From the NCBI GenBank assembly GCA_963745235.1, contig CAVUXE010000046.1:8030-72029 (forward strand): 64,000 bases of DNA. Reading direction: 5' to 3'. The position numbers and the translations under genes were made by a program. The notes beneath the pieces were generated by a model. The model saw nothing but the letters and a program-made list of their open reading frames with translations. It was not told the origin of the DNA and did no database searches. Below are positions 57,076 to 64,000 of the stretch, piece after piece. Position 1 is the stretch's first letter, and every line of letters begins with the position of its first letter. The DNA comes from an uncultured Spirochaetota bacterium. Lineage in GTDB: Bacteria; Spirochaetota; Spirochaetia; SZUA-6; Fen-1364.

Positions 57076-58017
57076 ATGACCACGGATCACGACTTGATCA
57101 TCATTGGAGCCGGCGGAGCTGGCCTTTCCGCGGCCCAGTACGGGGCTCGGGGCAACCTGCGCACCCTTCTTCTTGATGAGCTGTCCTCAGGGGGCCAGGC
57201 CCTCCTGATAGATACTTTGGAGAACTACCCGGGTTTTCCCGAACCGGTCAGCGGATTCGACTTCACCCGGAAAATGGAAGAGCAGGCCTTGAAGTTCGGA
57301 GCAACGGTGGAGAACGTGGGTGTCTCCTCGTTAAGAAAGGAGGACGGGATTTTCGTGCTGGAGACCGAGCGGGGACCCATCACCACCATGACCGTCATCC
57401 TTGCCACCGGAGCCAGGCACCGCACCGTCGGGGTGCCCGGTGAAGCGGACCTTTCCGGCAAGGGGGTCTCCTACTGCGCCACCTGCGACGGCCCGTTCTT
57501 CAAGGGCAAACGCATGCTCGTGGTGGGCGGCGGAGACGCCGCCTGCGACGAGGCAACATACCTGTCGCACCTGGCTGACTCCATCCTCATGATTCACCGG
57601 CGAGACAGGTTCCGCGCTCAGAAAGCGGTTGCGGCGCGGGTCCTCGCGAACCCCAGGATCACGGTCAGGTTCAACACGGAGCTGCGCAGGATCGAAGGAG
57701 ACAAGGTGGTGAAAAGAGTCGTGCTCGTCGACAACGTCACGGGCAAAGAATGCGTGGAGGAAGTTGCCGCGGTCTTCATCTTCATTGGCTCCGATCCCCA
57801 GACGAAGCTCGTCAAGAGCATGAACCTGCCCCTGGACGACGGAGGATACATCGAGACCAACCAGCGGATGGAGACGCGCATTCCCGGGCTCTATGCGGTT
57901 GGCGATGTGCGGGCAAGCCCATTCCGCCAGCTCGTGGTGGCAGCCGGTGAAGGAGCGGTCGCCGCCCACGCTGCCGGGCAATACATCGATGAGATCCGCG
58001 GAGAAAAATACTCGTGA
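57076..58017 (+). CDS. trxB: Thioredoxin-disulfide reductase
   Basis: IIGAGGAGLSAA, ENYPG, GVSYCATCDG redox motif, VVGGGDAA, HRRDRFRA, GLYAVGDV. Confidence 0.95.
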   Translation: MTTDHDLIIIGAGGAGLSAAQYGARGNLRTLLLDELSSGGQALLIDTLENYPGFPEPVSGFDFTRKMEEQALKFGATVENVGVSSLRKEDGIFVLETERGPITTMTVILATGARHRTVGVPGEADLSGKGVSYCATCDGPFFKGKRMLVVGGGDAACDEATYLSHLADSILMIHRRDRFRAQKAVAARVLANPRITVRFNTELRRIEGDKVVKRVVLVDNVTGKECVEEVAAVFIFIGSDPQTKLVKSMNLPLDDGGYIETNQRMETRIPGLYAVGDVRASPFRQLVVAAGEGAVAAHAAGQYIDEIRGEKYS

Positions 58018-58025
58018 GCTCTGCG

Positions 58026-58886
58026 CTACTCCTGATGGAGCCGTCTATACGCTCGCGGGCTCATCCCGAAATACTTTCGAAAGCGCCGCGAGAAGTAGTT
58101 GCTGTCCCGAAACCCCGCGGCGAATGCCACGTCGGAAGTCAGTTGACCTGGATCAAGCAGGAGCGGGAGGGAGTGCTCGATGCGGACCTTGTTCACGTAC
58201 TCGATGGGGGTCATCCCCATCATGGATTTGAACTGACGGTCGAGAGTCCGCTGTGACATGCAGGCAATGCCCGCGAGCTTCCTGAGGTTCACAGTCCCCT
58301 GGAAATCGTTCTGGACGTGACTGATCACCCGGGCAATGCCGTCTGTGACTTCAGGGGAGAACCCGACCCCGAGGCTGTAGATCCGCGACAGCTCGACGAT
58401 GATGGCGACAAGGCTGGAGATGATCTGTGTCCTGTAGCCGGCTGATTTGACTTTCCATTCCTCGTCCATTCTCCGCAGCTGCGCGGTGATCTCTGTGAAG
58501 TTCTTCGGGGGGAGGAAGAGCTTCCGGGAGAAGCGGAGCGCCGGAATCATCTTCGGGTGGATATAGAAGAGCGCCTGAAACCCGGGGAGATCCGCCAGGT
58601 CTGGAAACCGTTCCACAAGGTACTCGTCGTCGTAGACAATATTGAACAGCTCAAGGGCATCTGCGTTTTCGAATCCGTGCGGCACCATCGCGTTGATCAC
58701 GAATACATGGCCGGCAAAGATCTCGTATCGCTCGGAACCTACGATGTGCAGACCTCGGCCGTTCACCACCACCACGAGCTCGTCGTAGTCGTGGCAGTGA
58801 AGGGGGTAGGTGTCGAGCTTCATTTTCTCGATGACGAAGGGGAACGTCGGGTCGTGGATCCAGTCGCTTGCGTTCAGAAACTTCAT
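58026..58886 (-). CDS. AraC family regulator (cupin + HTH, RhaR/RhaS-like)
   Basis: HCHDYDELVVVVNGRGLH cupin; GFRDSNYFSRRFRKYFGMSPRAYR. Confidence 0.92.
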   Translation of the reverse strand: MKFLNASDWIHDPTFPFVIEKMKLDTYPLHCHDYDELVVVVNGRGLHIVGSERYEIFAGHVFVINAMVPHGFENADALELFNIVYDDEYLVERFPDLADLPGFQALFYIHPKMIPALRFSRKLFLPPKNFTEITAQLRRMDEEWKVKSAGYRTQIISSLVAIIVELSRIYSLGVGFSPEVTDGIARVISHVQNDFQGTVNLRKLAGIACMSQRTLDRQFKSMMGMTPIEYVNKVRIEHSLPLLLDPGQLTSDVAFAAGFRDSNYFSRRFRKYFGMSPRAYRRLHQE

Positions 58887-58979
58887 GACAGTCGGAGCCA
58901 GGCCCCGGTTGGCCAGAATGTGCTAATTGTTGTCCGAGAAGTCAAGGAAGGGGCCTGGTCGAGTGAGTATCCTGTTTCC

Positions 58980-60035
58980 ATGGAAACAATTCGGCTGGCA
59001 ATCCTCGGTCTCCACAATCATTACCATGCGTACCCGATGGCGGAGTACCTCAAACGAGGAATCCCTTTCGCGGAGCTCGCCGCCGTTTCCGACGAGCGCG
59101 GGGGGTACGCGGAGAAGTTCGCTGCCCGCTTTGGTGTAAAGGCGTCATACACCGACTATCGTCGGATACTCGACCGAAAAGACATCGATGCGGTCATCGT
59201 GACCTCGTATACTACGGCTCATGCCGATCATGTCGAGGCAATGGCGCGGGCCGGCAAGCACATCCTCCTGGACAAGCCCATTGCGGCATCCCTGGAAGAT
59301 GCCTCTCGAATTGTGAGGGCAGTGGATGAACACAAGGTGAAGCTGCTGATGGCATATCTTCTGCGATACATTCCCGCCTATAGAAGGGTGAAGGAGCTCA
59401 TCGGTGAAGGCGTGATCGGAAGCCCCGTATCGGCGTTCTATTCCATTCGCGTCCCGCTCAGCTTCATCAGGGACAGCCCGGACGCGGCGGTGCCCGGCTG
59501 GTACGCTGATCCGGCAAAGGGCGGACGGGGCGGCTTCATGGACCATGGAGTGCACTTCACCGATTTCTTCCGCTGGATGTTCGAAAGTGAAGGCCGGACC
59601 GTCACCGCCAAGGTAGCAAATCTGACGCATAAAGACATTCCCGTGGATGACTACGGCATAGCGGTCGTGACCATGCAATCCGGCGCAATCTGCACGGTCG
59701 AGAGCACATGGCACGCCGCGGATTGGTACAACCCCGATCGCTGCACGCTCACGGGAACCGAGGGGGAGATCGAGCTCCACTATCAGAAGAGTCCCCAGAT
59801 GGAGGTCTCGGGAAACAGGGCGCCATACGTCGGCCGGGTCGGTTTCGACTGGAAGGGAGAGGAGCGATACGAGGTTTGCTACAAGACGATCCTCGAGGAC
59901 TTCGTGGATTGCATCAGGAATGACCGCGTCCCGGTCCCCGGGGCTCTCGACGGGAAAAGAGCACTCGAAATAGTCCTGGCCGGGTACCGGTCGGACCAGA
60001 TGCGCTGCACGGTCGACCTCCCCCTCGAGGGATGA
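58980..60035 (+). CDS. Gfo/Idh/MocA family oxidoreductase
   Basis: METIRLAILG, GKHILLDKPIA, GGFMDHGVH. Confidence 0.9.
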   Translation: METIRLAILGLHNHYHAYPMAEYLKRGIPFAELAAVSDERGGYAEKFAARFGVKASYTDYRRILDRKDIDAVIVTSYTTAHADHVEAMARAGKHILLDKPIAASLEDASRIVRAVDEHKVKLLMAYLLRYIPAYRRVKELIGEGVIGSPVSAFYSIRVPLSFIRDSPDAAVPGWYADPAKGGRGGFMDHGVHFTDFFRWMFESEGRTVTAKVANLTHKDIPVDDYGIAVVTMQSGAICTVESTWHAADWYNPDRCTLTGTEGEIELHYQKSPQMEVSGNRAPYVGRVGFDWKGEERYEVCYKTILEDFVDCIRNDRVPVPGALDGKRALEIVLAGYRSDQMRCTVDLPLEG

Positions 60036-60046
60036 AAGGGGGCTCC

Positions 60047-61075
60047 ATGGACAATGAGATCGGAATCGGGATCATCGGAGCCGGACGAATCGCCCACGTG
60101 CATGCGGAGGCCTACGGGTCGGTCACCGGCGGGCGCCTGGCTGCCGTCGCCGAGTCTGACCCTGTCAAGCTGAAAAGCTTCTCGAACGCGTACCGGTTGA
60201 GGCCCTACGCCAGGTATCAGGACCTGCTCGAGGACCCCGGGGTGAAAGCAGTCGTCATCGCCGCGCCGAACTGGCTTCATTCGGAAATGGCGATTCTTTC
60301 TGCCGAGAAGGGGAAGCATGTCTTTTGCCAGAAGCCGCTCGCGCTCAGCATCGCCGACACGGAGGCGATCAGCGAAGCCGCAAAAAAAGCCGGCGTGATT
60401 CTGCAGGTCGGCTTCATGCTTCGGTTCACGCCTCCCATGCCGGAAGTGAAAAAGCTCATCGCCAGCGGCGGCCTCGGAGAGGTCATTGCGCTGAGGGCGG
60501 CTGTTTTCGGCTGGGAGCCAAGCGCTGACTGGTTCTATGACAAGTCAAAAGGCGGCGGCGTGATCCTGGACACGATGATCCATTTCGCGGATCTCCTCAA
60601 CTGGCTCGTCGGCCCGCCTCGGAGTGTCCACGCCCTGGGCGGAGCGTATGTACTGGACGGCGCCAGGAGCCATGGAAGCCCCGACAACGCGTGCGTTCAG
60701 TTCCTGCATGGCAACGGCGCGGCAAGCCAGATCTTCGTAAGCTGGACAGCCGGGTACGGGGACTTTTTCTACGAGGTCTACGGCAGCAGGGGGAGCGTCT
60801 CGGTCAACTTCCTTGATCGCCACACAACATCTGTCTTCTTCAAGGAAGCGCCGAGGGTGAGCTTTCATGACCACAAGACCGGGTGGAACCGGTCGAACCA
60901 GCAGTGGGCAATCGGCTACGCCGGTGAAGCGCAGAGCTTCGTGGATCAGTGCAGAGGAGCTCCATCCGCCGGAGGCGCGAATGGCGAAGATGCGCGAGCT
61001 GCCCTGGTTGCCGCCCTTGCGGCGCAGCAGTCGCTGGACACCGGCGCAATTGTGCAGGTGGGTTCATCAGCATGA
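60047..61075 (+). CDS. Gfo/Idh/MocA family oxidoreductase (inositol dehydrogenase-like)
   Basis: IGIIGAGRIA, GKHVFCQKP, QVGFMLRF, GGVILDTMIH; alternative start at 60032. Confidence 0.9.
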   Translation: MDNEIGIGIIGAGRIAHVHAEAYGSVTGGRLAAVAESDPVKLKSFSNAYRLRPYARYQDLLEDPGVKAVVIAAPNWLHSEMAILSAEKGKHVFCQKPLALSIADTEAISEAAKKAGVILQVGFMLRFTPPMPEVKKLIASGGLGEVIALRAAVFGWEPSADWFYDKSKGGGVILDTMIHFADLLNWLVGPPRSVHALGGAYVLDGARSHGSPDNACVQFLHGNGAASQIFVSWTAGYGDFFYEVYGSRGSVSVNFLDRHTTSVFFKEAPRVSFHDHKTGWNRSNQQWAIGYAGEAQSFVDQCRGAPSAGGANGEDARAALVAALAAQQSLDTGAIVQVGSSA

Positions 61076-62125
61076 AGCCGCTTGGCATTGGACTGGTTGG
61101 ATGCGGTTTCTGGGCCAATGAAATGCATATTCCGGGCATTCCTGAAGATCGCCGGGGTGAAGGTGACGGGAGTGGCGTCCCGTTCCTCTGAAAGTGCAGA
61201 GCATACCGCGAAAAGGTTCGGCCTCGATTTCTGGACCACGGATTACCGGGAGCTGATCACGCGCCCCGAGGTGGATCTCGTAGATATCCTCACTCCGAAC
61301 CACCTCCATGCGCCGATTGCCGCAGAGGCGGCGGCTCACGGGAAGCACGTGATCTGCATCAAGCCGCTCTCGACGACTTTGAACGATGCAGACGCAATGC
61401 TTTCTGCCGCGGACCGAGCGGGAACGAAAGTCTATTATGCTGAGAATGTGCCTTTCATTCCCTCCCTGGTGAGGGCCAAGCAGATCGTCAGGGAAGGCGG
61501 GATAGGGGAGGTGATTCGCGTCAAGGCCTGCGAAGGGATCGGAGGACCGCGCAGTGCGTGGTTCTTTGATCATGATGCCGCGGGAGGCGGGGCAATAATC
61601 GACATGGCGGTCCACGGCATCGCCTTCTGTCGCTGGACGGCGGAAAGCGAGGTCCGCACGGTATACGCCGAAGCGGGGTCCTTCGTCCACTTCGGGCGGA
61701 CCGCAGATGAGGACACCGCCGTTCTGACCATGAGATTCGAAAACGGCGTGATCGGTCAGTCGGAGGATAGCTGGTCTCTTGCAGGCGCCATGGATTCCCG
61801 GTTCGAGGTATTCGGTACCCGGGGCAGGATTGTCGTTGACAACCTGCACCGCCAGCCCATCCAGGTCCAGAGCGAGGTGGGATACTCCACCGCGGAAAAG
61901 GGCTGGTCATTCCCTCTTCCGCTTTCCGCTGACATCAACGACGGCCAGCTCGCCATGCTCGAGCACTTCGTGAGATGCGCGCTAGAGGGGGAGCCATGCC
62001 GCTCAACGGGGGCGGACGGTCGCCGCATCCTTGCCGTTGTAGCCGCCGCGTATCGATCCATCGGGAGCGGCAGGGCCGAGGAAGTGGAGGGCCGCACGCC
62101 GCATCGAAGGGGAGAACGCCAGTGA
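61072..62125 (+). CDS. Gfo/Idh/MocA family oxidoreductase with one +1 frame break near 61135
   Basis: ATG 61072 gives MKPLGIGLVGCGFWANEMHIP; removing one G from CCGGG continues into AFLKIAG...GKHVICIKP...DMAVH. Confidence 0.85.
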
Positions 62126-63215
62126 ACGCGCGTACGGATGGAACCATTCGCGTCGGGATACTCAGCTGGGCACACATTCACGCTGAGTTTCGGGCAAAGG
62201 CGCTCAAGGAAATTCCGCAGGCACGCCTCGTCGCGATTGCCGACGATGACGCCGCCCGGGGGAAGGACGCCGCAAAGAGGTTCGAAGCCGACCTCCATTC
62301 AGATTGGCATGAGCTCGTGGCCCGGGACGACATCGACGTGGTGCTCATCGAGTCGGAAAACTACCGCCATGCGGAACAGGCAATTGCCGCGGCCCGCGCC
62401 GGCAAGGACATATTCTGCGAAAAGCCGATGGCGACGAATCTCGCGGACGCCGACAGGATGGTGGCGGAAGCGAGGCAGGCCGGGGTTGACCCTGACGGTG
62501 GCGTTTGTGAGCCGCTTCGGCAAGGAGGCCGACCAGGCCAAGCAGTTTGTGGACTCCGGGATTCTTGGCACCGTTCTCACTGCCAGGGCATTCGTGGGCC
62601 TGGCTGGGATCGAGGAGATCGGGTGTCCCCCGGGCAATGGCGCGATGGATGGAAGACCCGCGCGCGGGCGGGGGCGGTGCCTGGATTGACGAGGGCAGCC
62701 ACGCCGTGGACATGATGCGATGGATGGTGGGCGAAATCCAGAGCATATCAGCGGTCACTTCGAACAGGGCCAAGAAGCATCTCACGATCGAGGATTCTGC
62801 GGCGGCCCTTCTCCGCTTTCGAAACGGCGCCATCGGCGAGGTCAACGCAAGCTGGAGCCTTGCCATCGACATTGGCATGCGAAATACGCTCGAGCTCTAT
62901 GGAACCGACGGGGCAATGTTCCTGGAAATGACTTCCCGCTCGCCGAAGGTCGAGGTCTACGGCCCGGCCGCGGCCGCGGGTGGTCCCGGCTGGATCCGTC
63001 CGCACATCGTGCCCGCCGTCACGGAGCCCCATGACTATTCGAGCTGGCCCCCTCACGTCCACCATTACAAGAGAGAAATCTCCTCCTACGTAGAGCGATA
63101 CCTGCGCGGGAAGAAGCCATACGGTCCGACGGGGGACGACGGCCGGGCCGTGGTCCAGGTGGTGGAGGCGGGCTACGAGTCTGCGCGGACCGGCGCCACG
63201 GTCGTCCTCAGCTGA
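62122..63215 (+). CDS. Gfo/Idh/MocA family oxidoreductase with two +1 frame breaks (~62491, ~62633)
   Basis: GTG 62122 ...IRVGILSWAH...GKDIFCEKPMA | LTVAFVSRF | MARWMEDP..GGGAWIDEGSH. Confidence 0.82.
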
Positions 63216-64000
63216 ACGGCACCATCGACCGGGCATGCAGCCTTCGGTATTGCTTGGGAGAGACAGCGTATCTTTTCTTGAAGAGGTGGTAGAAATGGCT
63301 GAGGTTGTTGAAGCCTGATTCAATGTGCACGTCCATGATCGTCTTGTCCGTGAAGGTGAGAAGGCTTGCCGCATAATCCAGACGGATGTCGTTGATGTAG
63401 TGCACGGGGGTGGTTCCCAGGTGCTTCTGAAAGAGATGGCAGAGGTGCTCGTGGCTCCTGCACGCAAGCTCCTGCAGCGAATCCAGCCCCCGGCGGAAGT
63501 TTTCCCTGCTTTGCATTTTCGAACACACGGTGGAGAGCCACTCCGGCATGTCGGAAAGCGTCTCTGCCCGGGGCATGGGGAAATAGCGTGTAAAGAGCTC
63601 CATGACCGTCTTCTTGAGCTCAACGCTCAAGGCGCGCCTGTCGCTGGACTTGATGAAGCATCGCTGGATCATTTCCTTCGCTGCCTCACGCTCGGTCCGC
63701 GTCAGCTGGACACGGGGCGGCATGTCAGGCTGGAGGAGCCGCTCGGCTTCGAAGGCGGGGCCGAGGAAGCGGAACAGGTCGTACGCGAGCTCAGTTTGAA
63801 ACGCGAGATTGAAGAACTGGCAGTCGCCGTTGTTGATCTTCTTGTAGTAGTGCAGGTCATTCGGACGAATGAACACCAGGGCCCCTTTCCGCAGCACCTG
63901 CTTGTGGCGGTTGACCACATGATTGACGCGGCCCTCGGTGATCAGGAAAAACTCGAAGAAGTCGTGACTGTGCTCAGCCGTCGTGTAGATGAGGGAGCTG
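63208..64000 (-). CDS. AraC family regulator (ChbR-like), 5' end beyond the window
   Basis: HSHDFFEFFLITEGRVNH at the right edge; GFNNLSHFYHLFKKRYAVSPKQYR. Confidence 0.9.
   Translation of the reverse strand, partial: SSLIYTTAEHSHDFFEFFLITEGRVNHVVNRHKQVLRKGALVFIRPNDLHYYKKINNGDCQFFNLAFQTELAYDLFRFLGPAFEAERLLQPDMPPRVQLTRTEREAAKEMIQRCFIKSSDRRALSVELKKTVMELFTRYFPMPRAETLSDMPEWLSTVCSKMQSRENFRRGLDSLQELACRSHEHLCHLFQKHLGTTPVHYINDIRLDYAASLLTFTDKTIMDVHIESGFNNLSHFYHLFKKRYAVSPKQYRRLHARSMVPFS

Noticed and set aside
58557-58979. N-terminal extension of the first Gfo/Idh/MocA ORF
   Set aside because: Mostly antisense to the AraC gene; the Rossmann motif starts at Met 58980

Overview
GC-rich bacterial DNA; the sigma factor, TrxB and secreted proteins look spirochaete-like, but that is inference only. 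The window is dominated by one giant gene (13892-46046), about 10,716 aa once four single-base +1 frame breaks are removed. It encodes a secreted or adhesin-like beta-solenoid protein with an N-terminal LEPR-xLL motif, five ~365-aa repeats, small beta-barrel repeats, 21 FG-GAP blades (probably three 7-bladed propellers) and RTX-like tandem repeats. It faces a dedicated export locus: a putative outer-membrane protein, a truncated SecA-like ATPase, an RRE/PqqD-like + M50 peptidase + HlyD fusion, a GAF-HlyD protein, a third membrane-fusion protein, and a divergent TolC followed by a sigma-70 factor. No ABC transporter is present. The best candidate for an undescribed system is therefore an ABC-less, SecA-powered, leader-recognising export machine for LEPR-xLL giant proteins. 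The left flank holds small metabolic and regulatory genes, some decayed, plus a SARP-STAND regulator. The right flank holds GntR, trxB and four Gfo/Idh/MocA oxidoreductases between two AraC regulators. Several frame breaks look like sequencing indels. No rRNA, tRNA, CRISPR array or transposase was seen.
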